A stretch of DNA of 20,000 nt from an uncultured virus (IMG/VR IMGVR_UViG_3300028416_000015) (taxonomy: Duplodnaviria > Heunggongvirae > Uroviricota > Caudoviricetes > Crassvirales), in the IMG/VR virus record IMGVR_UViG_3300028416_000015; one strand, written 5' to 3'. A model generated the notes under the pieces. That model ran no database searches, was not told where the DNA came from, and worked only from the letters and a program-made list of their open reading frames with translations. Made by a program: the position numbers and the translations under genes. Within the stretch, counting starts at the first letter, position 1, and each line of letters begins with the position of its first letter. This document shows, in pieces, positions 1 through 7,503 of this stretch.

Positions 1-51
1 ACTCACTTGATAACTGCCTTCGTAACCAGGTACATCTTTAAATATTTCCAT
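1..51 (-). CDS. N-terminus of NUMOD4-motif protein, probably an HNH homing endonuclease (runs off window edge)
   Basis: Manual translation from ATG at 51 gives MEIFKDVPGYEGSYQVS, 15/17 identical to the start of the 8457 protein (MEIFKDIPGYEGIYQVS). Not in the ORF track. Confidence 0.85.
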   Translation of the reverse strand, partial: MEIFKDVPGYEGSYQVS

Positions 52-141
52 AAACAAAAAGCCCATCAAGTTTTCAGGGTAGTGCATCCTTACTCACTTA
101 ATGGGTCTTCAATAATGTTTTTAATACTGGCACTACTCAGT
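52..141 (-). ncRNA. Putative structured 5' leader RNA (kissing-loop + terminator-like hairpin), copy 1
   Basis: Minus strand: P1 ACUG/CAGU with loop AGUAGUGC. P2 CCCAUUAAG/CUUGAUGGG with inner AGG/CCU and loop AUGCACUAC. GUAGUGC pairs with GCACUAC. U-tract, then ATG. Same architecture as 8370-8451. Confidence 0.75.
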
Positions 142-145
142 TATA

Positions 146-178
146 CAAAGATAACTAAATAATTCATATTATTTTCAA
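146..178 (-). promoter_or_regulatory. Bacteroidota sigma70-type promoter
   Basis: TATCTTTG (-7 element TAnnTTTG) at 153-146; TTG at 178-176, 22 nt upstream. Confidence 0.65.
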
Positions 179-181
179 TTT

Positions 182-382
182 CTAATCTATTAGTTCAACT
201 TCGCTCGGGTCATATTCAACACCATCGACCTCTATATATCCACAAGTGTCAAACAATTCTCTTACAGTAATTGCCTTGCCATCGTACAAATATTCATACA
301 ACATACACCCTGCATTGTTAATATCTGTATCATCCATAAAGTACCAATCAAGGAACTGTCTCTTTGTTATCTTTGCTTTCAT
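182..382 (-). CDS. Hypothetical phage protein
   Basis: ORF track 182..415. ATG at 382 (MKAKITK) preferred because of the AGGTTATGAA context shared with neighbouring genes. Confidence 0.7.
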   Translation of the reverse strand: MKAKITKRQFLDWYFMDDTDINNAGCMLYEYLYDGKAITVRELFDTCGYIEVDGVEYDPSEVELID

Positions 383-408
383 AACCTCTGGCTTTTTATA
401 ATTCATAA

Positions 409-726
409 CTACCATGAAACCTCTACTGAATAGCTAGGCGACCACAATATAACACGAAAACCCTTTTCTTCTAAGTAAGGCTTCATCTCTGTTTCTACTA
501 ATGTTTGAATAGTGAACTTGTTATTGAATAATTCTCGCATTAATTCATAATTATTGTTTCTTGATAAGTTATCTGTTAATCTTATTTTATTCTTTTTAAG
601 CTTTTTAGCATAACTTTTAAATTCTGGTAGCAGTACCTCATTAAATACTCTGTCTAGCTTTTTAATATCTATATCTTTACTCACTGTACTACTTAATTCT
701 TGTAACTCTTGTATAATATCTTTCAT
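409..726 (-). CDS. Hypothetical phage protein
   Basis: 105 aa ORF in a tightly packed minus-strand array; GTTATGAA start context. Confidence 0.75.
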   Translation of the reverse strand: MKDIIQELQELSSTVSKDIDIKKLDRVFNEVLLPEFKSYAKKLKKNKIRLTDNLSRNNNYELMRELFNNKFTIQTLVETEMKPYLEEKGFRVILWSPSYSVEVSW

Positions 727-761
727 AACCTTTAATCTATTAATTCATAACCTTATTTATT

Positions 762-1499
762 TTACATTTCAAATTCAATCCACTTACCTCTATTTTCATA
801 GTAGAAAGCTTTCTCTACAATTTCCTTGCTTACACCACTGTTTTCAGCAATTCCATCAATATCCTCTCCATAGAATCCACCACAACCATCGTAATGATCC
901 CACTCAATTTCATCCTCTACACCCTCAAACCTACTTGCATTAAAATCCTCTCTAGTAAGCTTCACTATTTCAGTTGCCTCCTCTACCTCAAATCTATAAA
1001 CATCCCCCCATGCCCAGGCATCAAATAGTTTTCGAGAACCTTCTAGTATCTCTTCATACCTATTTCTATCACAACCAGTTCTTTCATAAAAATCATCTGT
1101 TAAGACTAATAACACCTCAGCCCAATCCCTTTGACTGTAACCTATTGATTCGTGATGAGAGTGATGTATGTTAAACAGTTCACATAAATCTACTAACTGC
1201 TCTATACTTAAACTATCATCAATCTCCCACCTAATCTCGTCAGCCTTCTCATCTTTAGTAAGCTCACGTTCACATAAGTAGTCATGATCAATCTCTAAAA
1301 TGTCACATAAAGTCACTTGATGCTTTATGATTTGTCCATTTGTAGGAAAATCTTTTATAAACTTAACTATCCTACCATTACTACAATCATTTACGTCATT
1401 TCTTTCGTATCTGTAAATTAGCTCAGGTTCACAGTCCCAAGCTTCAAATGGATTCTCTGACCAATCATCTCTCTCTATTTTAATTCTATATTTATTCAT
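762..1499 (-). CDS. Hypothetical acidic phage protein
   Basis: 245 aa, D/E-rich; 4-nt overlap with the upstream gene. Confidence 0.8.
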   Translation of the reverse strand: MNKYRIKIERDDWSENPFEAWDCEPELIYRYERNDVNDCSNGRIVKFIKDFPTNGQIIKHQVTLCDILEIDHDYLCERELTKDEKADEIRWEIDDSLSIEQLVDLCELFNIHHSHHESIGYSQRDWAEVLLVLTDDFYERTGCDRNRYEEILEGSRKLFDAWAWGDVYRFEVEEATEIVKLTREDFNASRFEGVEDEIEWDHYDGCGGFYGEDIDGIAENSGVSKEIVEKAFYYENRGKWIEFEM

Positions 1500-2311
1500 A
1501 ACTTCATCCCTATTTCGTTAACACTATCTCTATTTATTTTGTGGCATCCTATTGTTAATGTACCATTCAAACTAGTTACTGTGTACCCATCTATCCTATG
1601 ACCTACAATATCTATATTATTCTCGATAGCTTGATACAATTTCTTAGCTTCTAGCCTGTCTACACTTACACCTTGAGATGTTTCTACCTTAGTTTTATCT
1701 TTACTTAGTCTTAAATAATCTTCATTACCTACTCTGAAAGACCTTATCTCATGGTTCATAAACTTTGGAAGTACCTCAGCTAGTTTCTTTTTAGCTAATT
1801 GCTTTTTTCGTTCGTCTTGTTTTTTAGCCTCAGCTTTGATTAAGTCTAAGTACTCTGGCTTGTTTAACGCCTTATATATCTTCCTTATCTCTTTATACTC
1901 CTCGCTAAGACCTTTAATCTTAGAATAAGTCCTCCACTCCATGTATTTCTCGTAAAGGCTTGTAATATTATTTATATAAGTAATAGGTTTCCTTGCACGT
2001 GCTAATTTACCTTTTAATTCAAGGATCCTATCACGTACTAGGTGTATATCTGTTTCAGTCTTGTAAAATTGCTTGTACTGTCTTGTTGCTCCAATGGTTA
2101 TACCTATATGCTTGTTTGTAGTTGAACTATACCCTTTATCATTGATAATGATTGCCTTACCGCTATCAATAAACTCAGCTAAAAGATAATGTTTTCCATA
2201 ACTGTATAACATATCTCCTTCAAAGAATACATTACTACATCTTCCTTCTTCCTGACTTCTTTGTGCAAAAACGTGAATTGTATCACTTGCACTACTAAAT
2301 ACTTTTTTCAT
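1496..2311 (-). CDS. Hypothetical phage protein (YSYG...YSxTTxKH motif)
   Basis: 271 aa ORF; motifs LYSYG and YSSTTNKH, which I recall from phage early proteins; function unknown. Confidence 0.8.
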   Translation of the reverse strand: MKKVFSSASDTIHVFAQRSQEEGRCSNVFFEGDMLYSYGKHYLLAEFIDSGKAIIINDKGYSSTTNKHIGITIGATRQYKQFYKTETDIHLVRDRILELKGKLARARKPITYINNITSLYEKYMEWRTYSKIKGLSEEYKEIRKIYKALNKPEYLDLIKAEAKKQDERKKQLAKKKLAEVLPKFMNHEIRSFRVGNEDYLRLSKDKTKVETSQGVSVDRLEAKKLYQAIENNIDIVGHRIDGYTVTSLNGTLTIGCHKINRDSVNEIGMKL

Positions 2312-2319
2312 AACTCTAT

Positions 2320-2676
2320 TTATTTTAATTTGTTTCTTAATTCTCTCATTTCACTAGTATGACACTGACCAGCACAATAGCTGATTCTAGCATCACTTTT
2401 TTTATACTTACTTACAAAGAACCTATCTAAAGCCCAATGCTGAGGACTCTCAAATTTCAACGTGATTCTGACATCTCTCTTTGTTCTCTCGTGTCCACCT
2501 ATTTGGTCAACTAGATCATCTATTAAACTATCCCTAAATTCGTCAGTCAGTTTTACTTTTGACCAGCCAGACGTTTTTAAATACATTCTACCATTCAATA
2601 ACTGTTGTGCTGATATTTGTCCACCTGCTACCTTCCATGCCTTGTTAAGGCTATCTATTTTTGTTAATCTTCCCAT
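2320..2676 (-). CDS. Hypothetical phage protein
   Basis: 118 aa ORF in the operon-like array. Confidence 0.75.
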   Translation of the reverse strand: MGRLTKIDSLNKAWKVAGGQISAQQLLNGRMYLKTSGWSKVKLTDEFRDSLIDDLVDQIGGHERTKRDVRITLKFESPQHWALDRFFVSKYKKSDARISYCAGQCHTSEMRELRNKLK

Positions 2677-2682
2677 TGCTAT

Positions 2683-2964
2683 TTATTTTTTAAAACGTCT
2701 TATAGATATACCATAACATCTATTTTTATTTACCTGTAATTCTGGGTAACCATGTTCATCTTCAATACAAGTCAATAAGTCAGGCTCTATTTTAGACATG
2801 ATATGATATATTTGATAGTCAATCATGTTTTCAGTTGTTTCAAACGTGTGCTCTATAACTCCACCATCGTTAAGTAGTATATATATAATTACTACATTTT
2901 CTAGTATTTTATTCATAACTCTATTTATTTTTTGTCGTTTAAATTCTTGATATGTTTTATCCAT
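2683..2964 (-). CDS. Hypothetical phage protein (alternative start 2916)
   Basis: 93 aa ORF; the in-frame ATG at 2916 has the shared GTTATGAA context. Confidence 0.65.
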   Translation of the reverse strand: MDKTYQEFKRQKINRVMNKILENVVIIYILLNDGGVIEHTFETTENMIDYQIYHIMSKIEPDLLTCIEDEHGYPELQVNKNRCYGISIRRFKK

Positions 2965-3207
2965 TCATTGAATGAATAGATCGGATTTTTTGGTAATGTT
3001 GTTTTCATATTTCTTTGTTTTTAAGGTTAACATTTCATCGTATGTGAATACACCTGTTTCTAAGTATTGATATACCTCAGGCTTATATGCATATTCAATT
3101 ATTGTATCATCATCACATTGGATATTGTACATCTGCCTTCCATCGTTTACATCTCCTAGTACTATCTTACCTATGAAGATAAGATATATAAATTTTAGTG
3201 TTATCAT
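2965..3207 (-). CDS. Hypothetical phage protein with hydrophobic N-terminus
   Basis: 80 aa ORF abutting both neighbours. Confidence 0.65.
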   Translation of the reverse strand: MITLKFIYLIFIGKIVLGDVNDGRQMYNIQCDDDTIIEYAYKPEVYQYLETGVFTYDEMLTLKTKKYENNITKKSDLFIQ

Positions 3208-3208
3208 T

Positions 3209-3430
3209 TTAATGTGTCTTTTTTAATTCGTCATACTTATCTTGATACAATTCAACCTCTCTCTCGAAATTAAAGTTGTGTATATCTACTAAACATAAAT
3301 TATCTAATCTATGTTTGTTTGCTTTGTAGTATTCTAAACGGTCATTTTTACCGTGTTTATTACCTACTATCTTATTGATCCTTTCTACTATCTTATTATA
3401 TAGATAGTCTTGTTTACTTATTGTATTCAT
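3209..3430 (-). CDS. Hypothetical phage protein
   Basis: 73 aa ORF; GTTATGAA start context. Confidence 0.7.
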   Translation of the reverse strand: MNTISKQDYLYNKIVERINKIVGNKHGKNDRLEYYKANKHRLDNLCLVDIHNFNFEREVELYQDKYDELKKTH

Positions 3431-3432
3431 AA

Positions 3433-3774
3433 CTATTTATTTAAATAATTCACTTGAATGGTTTCTTTGTTCTTATGGATATGCATTAATATCTTATAAC
3501 TCGAATACTCTCCTTTTTTATTTGGTTCTATATTCGCTTTAAAATATTCATACAGGTCCTTTCTTTTACTTTGTCTTATTACCTCTTCTATTATAGGACA
3601 AACCTCAAACTTTTGTTCGTCCTTAAACTTTACAATATTGTCTAATTGCTTTCTTAATGTATATAAATTCGCTTTGTACATTTGGTTAAAAAGTTGTACT
3701 TCTTTGTATTCGCTAATGAATGGTAAATCCATACCTTTAATGTAGTCACCGATTTTTTTAATTACTTTTTTCAT
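3433..3774 (-). CDS. Hypothetical phage protein, first gene of the leftward operon
   Basis: 113 aa ORF preceded by an A-rich leader. Confidence 0.75.
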   Translation of the reverse strand: MKKVIKKIGDYIKGMDLPFISEYKEVQLFNQMYKANLYTLRKQLDNIVKFKDEQKFEVCPIIEEVIRQSKRKDLYEYFKANIEPNKKGEYSSYKILMHIHKNKETIQVNYLNK

Positions 3775-4035
3775 AACTTTTATTTTTATTTATTTATTAA
3801 TTTAATTATTTGTACCTATACAACAAACCAATGTTATATAGGTATATATAATAAGCCACGTGAAACTGCTTACACTCTATTAATCCCTTATCTTTTTGGA
3901 TAGGTTTTGACTATATACCAACTGAGAATTGTATTTATAGCCCTACAACTTGGACGGTATTTTATGCCCCGTTTTTTGCAGCCAGGGCAAAACTAAATTA
4001 ATAGTTAAGAGTTTACCCCTGTTAATTATACTTTT

Positions 4036-4049
4036 ATATTTCAATGAAC
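4036..4049 (-). promoter_or_regulatory. boxA-like antitermination element
   Basis: GTTCATTGAAATAT on the minus strand inside the long untranslated leader. Resembles rrn boxA (GCTCTTTAACA; Bacteroidota-type GTTCATTGACATAT, from memory). Confidence 0.45.
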
Positions 4050-4234
4050 GACTTACGCAATTAAATGCAGCCTTAAATACTCAATTCTAGTCTGACAAAT
4101 AGTCTGAACAGTCTTATTCCATTACGTTTGCCCTCGCATCCGTTAACTTGTTACTGTTATTTATTTGCCGTTAAAAATCTTTAGATTCTTTTTTCAAGGA
4201 TTAAACAACTCGTTTGTTGTTCGTTTTGTTGTTA

Positions 4235-4272
4235 CAAAGATATGTATTAAGTTTTGATTGTGCAAGCTTTTT
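4235..4272 (-). promoter_or_regulatory. Leftward early promoter P1
   Basis: AAAAAGCTTG-N20-TATCTTTG(TAA) on the minus strand; fits the Bacteroidota -33/-7 consensus. Confidence 0.8.
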
Positions 4273-4440
4273 TTAATATTTATTTTCTTAGTGTGCCTAT
4301 TTTGCCATTTCTTCAAATGTTGTCTATTCATAAGAGACTATTAAAGTAAGATAATTAAATTTATTAACTACCTATATTAATATGCCTTTTAAATACTAAA
4401 CTTGTCAATTTTAAACTTCGCTACCGTTGTAACTACATTA

Positions 4441-4477
4441 CAAAGATAGTAAACAAATGTTAATAAACAAGCTTTTT
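4441..4477 (-). promoter_or_regulatory. Leftward early promoter P2
   Basis: AAAAAGCTTG-N19-TATCTTTG(TAA); both boxes identical to P1. Confidence 0.8.
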
Positions 4478-4701
4478 ATAAAAAATTATTAGTCCGATTT
4501 TTTGACAAAATTTAACAATCGCTTGATAGTTAGATGTTTAAATCGCTCTGAAGGGCAAAAATAAATTTTTTAAAGTGGGGAGAGGGAGGGAGGGGTGTCA
4601 TAATGTCAGTACTAAATGTATCTAACCAACAAAAAAAGTTGGCAACATGACAGAATGACAGACTGACAGGCGTTTGGCTTGTAAATAAATAGGCAATTAA
4701 A

Positions 4702-4775
4702 TAGATAGGTAGACAATAAGCAACAGAACGACCGATCGACAAACAGAACGACCGAAAAAGAAACCTACCTATCTA
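4702..4775. repeat. 11-bp inverted repeat enclosing two 14-bp direct repeats
   Basis: TAGATAGGTAG (4702-4712) / CTACCTATCTA (4765-4775); AACAGAACGACCGA at 4722-4735 and 4742-4755. Confidence 0.8.
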
Positions 4776-5034
4776 AATAAAGCCAAAACAAAAAGCCAAA
4801 AACGTGGAGCGAAAAAACAAAACTCAAGCACCCCCATACGAAAATAAGATCGGTTTCCCTTTTCAAAAGTTTTTGTAAAATGCTACTATTACCCAAACCC
4901 TCCGAATTTCTGACAATTACACCAAATGTTACAGTTAAAAGCTCTACAGCCCACGTCAGCTGTACAATCGGGCGAAAACGGCTGTTTCTAGACCAATAGC
5001 AAAGTGGGTTCTATCCCTTGCTATGACTGAATAT

Positions 5035-5340
5035 CCGAAACTCCTACATGGTTCATATCACAGCTCCTACGTCGGGATACAGCGCTACGACTAGGAAACA
5101 TATACTCCTACGGGGCGCACCACCTCTTTCGAACTTTTTTTTATTTTTCTATATATATATATATATTTTATTTTGAAATCTATTGAAAAAAGTAGGTTAG
5201 TGGTAGGAGTCATCGTCAAACCTAGATACAGTAAGGGCTAGAGTACAATATGTTCAGTTTGTGCACTGCTTAGGAGTTTCGGGATTTGTTACATTTGCGA
5301 TTACATAAACCCTAGTGTTTATAGGGGGTCTTTACTCCTA
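5035..5340. repeat. ACTCCTA(C) motif cluster flanking an AT-rich core with (AT)8; origin-like
   Basis: Plus copies at 5040, 5064 (CTCCTAC), 5104, 5334; minus copies at 5203-5210 and 5271-5277; 12-bp IR 5035-5046/5271-5282; (AT)8 at 5151-5166. Confidence 0.6.
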
Positions 5341-5449
5341 TTGGGTGCACATATCCTCAGCTGAGAGCGTAAAAATATGACTCCCTTCCTAGGAACTCTA
5401 CACACTACTAGCGTTGCACCCCGAAAGGTACAAATAAATCAGTATTTTC

Positions 5450-5480
5450 TTGCATAGTTAAAAAAAAGGCGTTACATTTG
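5450..5480 (+). promoter_or_regulatory. Rightward promoter
   Basis: TTG (5450-5452)-N20-TACATTTG (5473-5480), 16 nt before ATG 5497. Confidence 0.75.
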
Positions 5481-5496
5481 TCAAAAATTCAATATT

Positions 5497-6222
5497 ATGA
5501 GAGAAGGAAAATTTATGGGTCACAGAGTGACTAGCGACGGAAAAATCTTCGGAAAGCGTAATCCTAATGTTACACTTAAACCGTATTTGAGCCATGGGAA
5601 GTTGGCATTAAAGATCAACAGAGAGACACATTATTTGCATAGAATTGTTGCAGAGGTGTTCAATTTGAATGGTTTTAATAAGTATGACAAGAGTAAGGTT
5701 GTGTTATTTAACGATGGAGATTCTATGAACTGTTCTTTGGATAATTTATATGTTCAAGATTTAGAGGATAGGATGAACGAGGTTAGACAGGAGATGGTTT
5801 TAGATATGGGTAGAGGTGTTAAGACTTCTATGTATTCTTATGTTTATGCTAAGAAGGATAAATGGGTTGGTAAGTATAAGGGTAAATACTTAGGTACTTT
5901 TAAGAATGAGGATGATGCTTACTATGCTGTTGAGGAGCATAGGAGATCAGTTGATACAGTTCCAGTTCATAAGTTCGATGGTTTGTATAAGGTTAATAGG
6001 CTTGGTGACATTTTTAGTGTTAGGTATAATAAGGTGTTGTCTCAAGGTGCGCTTGATGGGTCTGTTTCACTTACTGACAAGGATGGTAAGCGTACACGCA
6101 GGTCTATTGGGCTGTTGGTGTATAATTCGTTTAATAGGAAGAACCCAGCGAAGAGGGTAACACATATAGATGGTGACCCGATGAATAATATGTTAGGTAA
6201 TTTGAAGGGGGAGAAGGCATGA
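5497..6222 (+). CDS. HNH-endonuclease-derived protein: degenerate HNH + AP2-like + NUMOD4/HNH
   Basis: LHRIVAEVF...FNDGDSMNCSLDNL (His replaced by Phe); TSMYSYV..KW...YLGTFKNEDDA (AP2-like); GLYKVNRLGDIFS (NUMOD4-like); VTHIDGDPMNNMLGNL (HNH). Confidence 0.75.
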   Translation: MREGKFMGHRVTSDGKIFGKRNPNVTLKPYLSHGKLALKINRETHYLHRIVAEVFNLNGFNKYDKSKVVLFNDGDSMNCSLDNLYVQDLEDRMNEVRQEMVLDMGRGVKTSMYSYVYAKKDKWVGKYKGKYLGTFKNEDDAYYAVEEHRRSVDTVPVHKFDGLYKVNRLGDIFSVRYNKVLSQGALDGSVSLTDKDGKRTRRSIGLLVYNSFNRKNPAKRVTHIDGDPMNNMLGNLKGEKA

Positions 6223-6347
6223 GTAAATTAATTATAATAATAGCTTGTATATTATTTCTGACAGGATGTGTATCTTCGTCAGAGATATATGATGGCTACA
6301 GTAGAGGTGGTCATCCATTGGGTAAAAGTAAATATAAGGGGAAATGA
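6219..6347 (+). CDS. Small putative lipoprotein (42 aa)
   Basis: Manual translation MSKLIIIIACILFLTGCVSSSEIYDG...; lipobox LTGC; ATGA overlaps on both sides. Confidence 0.65.
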   Translation: MSKLIIIIACILFLTGCVSSSEIYDGYSRGGHPLGKSKYKGK

Positions 6348-6523
6348 GAGAACAAGAACTACAGGAAGAGATAGAAAGACTTAGAGCTACATTAAAAGGC
6401 GATATATTTGCCGATGGAGAGACTATGCAGAAGATCTATGAGATTAAGAAGATGTTGAATCCAGCTATCGTTGAGCGTCCAGAATTGGATGAAGATGATG
6501 AGTGTCTTAGTTGTGGTGCGTAA
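6344..6523 (+). CDS. Small protein with C-terminal CxxC (59 aa)
   Basis: Manual translation MREQELQEEIERLRATLKGDIFADGETMQKIYEIKKMLNPAIVERPELDEDDECLSCGA; overlaps both neighbours (ATGA, TAATG). Confidence 0.75.
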   Translation: MREQELQEEIERLRATLKGDIFADGETMQKIYEIKKMLNPAIVERPELDEDDECLSCGA

Positions 6524-6801
6524 TGTTTGGAGTATTAAGAGCACCAAAAGAGAAGCTCACTAAGGCTGTATATCAGAAGAAGAAGATGACTTATGAGGAT
6601 GCTGTTATGTACTACAATCCACAATGGATTGAGCGTAAGGCACTTAAGTATTTAAAAAAGAATCACAGACGACTTATGAGTATGGATGACTTCTTGGACG
6701 AGCTGTATGAGCAGTTTAAGCATAGGATAGTAAATTTACCTATGTATAAGAATAAGAATGGTAATGGCTATGTAGGTCAAGTTTATAAAGAGAGAGTATG
6801 A
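6523..6801 (+). CDS. Hypothetical phage protein
   Basis: ORF track 6511..6801; ATG 6523 overlaps the previous stop (TAATG). Confidence 0.7.
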   Translation: MFGVLRAPKEKLTKAVYQKKKMTYEDAVMYYNPQWIERKALKYLKKNHRRLMSMDDFLDELYEQFKHRIVNLPMYKNKNGNGYVGQVYKERV

Positions 6802-6953
6802 TAAGATTTTTGGTTACATATAAGAGAGTTCACAATTTCGAGATTACTACAGAACCTTTAACTGTTGTGGAGAAGAACTTGTTTGAAAGAGAGTTGTTGA
6901 AGGATAGTAACGTTGAGTATGCTTACTCGACACAAATACAGATAATAAAATGA
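6798..6953 (+). CDS. Hypothetical protein (51 aa)
   Basis: Manual translation MIRFLVTYKRVHNFEITTEP...; fills the gap with ATGA overlaps at both ends. Confidence 0.6.
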   Translation: MIRFLVTYKRVHNFEITTEPLTVVEKNLFERELLKDSNVEYAYSTQIQIIK

Positions 6954-7144
6954 TAAATAAGATAGGATTGGTATTTGGGGTTGTTCTTATGATAGTATTT
7001 TACTACATAACGTTCAACCCTCAGATATTAGACGTAGAGACAGAGTTTGATCGCTTGTACAGGATAATAGGTACATTTGTAGCTAGTCATGGTTTTTTTG
7101 GTGCATATTTATGGATAAATTATAAGGAATGGAGAGGATATTAA
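6950..7144 (+). CDS. Small membrane protein (2 TM)
   Basis: 64 aa with two hydrophobic stretches. Confidence 0.65.
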   Translation: MINKIGLVFGVVLMIVFYYITFNPQILDVETEFDRLYRIIGTFVASHGFFGAYLWINYKEWRGY

Positions 7145-7503
7145 TAAATAACGAGTGGTACGTAAAGGAATCTAGTCAAGCACCTAAAGAAGATATTAAG
7201 GTTGACTTTATGTTTAGTAACTCATGCATTGTAGAGACAGATAAGTTCTGTTTTGAAGCTACTAGATGTATGAAAGATGGTAATGTAGAGTATTATCCAG
7301 ACATATCTATAGATGTTACAAAAAAAGAAGGTGATAGAAAGGATTGGGGCAAAGAATATTGGGATGGTAATGAATGGATGAGAGGCGTGTTAAATGGAGA
7401 CACTAAATGTTTAGCAGGTCTAGCAGAATATGTAACAGACGCTTACAATCAGAAGGTGTTTATGAAATTATTAAAGAAACTAGGTGAAATAGGTTGGTTA
7501 TGA
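7129..7503 (+). CDS. Hypothetical phage protein
   Basis: 124 aa ORF in the operon. Confidence 0.75.
   Translation: MERILINNEWYVKESSQAPKEDIKVDFMFSNSCIVETDKFCFEATRCMKDGNVEYYPDISIDVTKKEGDRKDWGKEYWDGNEWMRGVLNGDTKCLAGLAEYVTDAYNQKVFMKLLKKLGEIGWL

Noticed and set aside
974..2716. Plus-strand ORFs 974-1174 and 2462-2716
   Set aside because: Antisense shadows over well-packed minus-strand genes, with non-ATG starts or atypical composition.
4530..4742. 70-aa minus ORF in the intergenic region
   Set aside because: Non-ATG start, runs through the repeat patch, no protein-like features.
4722..4801. Mini CRISPR array
   Set aside because: Only two short copies with a 6-nt gap; no spacer-sized unique sequences and no cas genes.
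3775..5496. tRNA genes in the large intergenic region
   Set aside because: No cloverleaf with a T-loop GTTCRA and matching acceptor stem found by eye; tRNAscan-SE/ARAGORN would settle it.
5906..6160. Alternative-frame ORF inside the HNH gene
   Set aside because: Fully nested out-of-frame ORF, explained by the T/G-rich codon bias.
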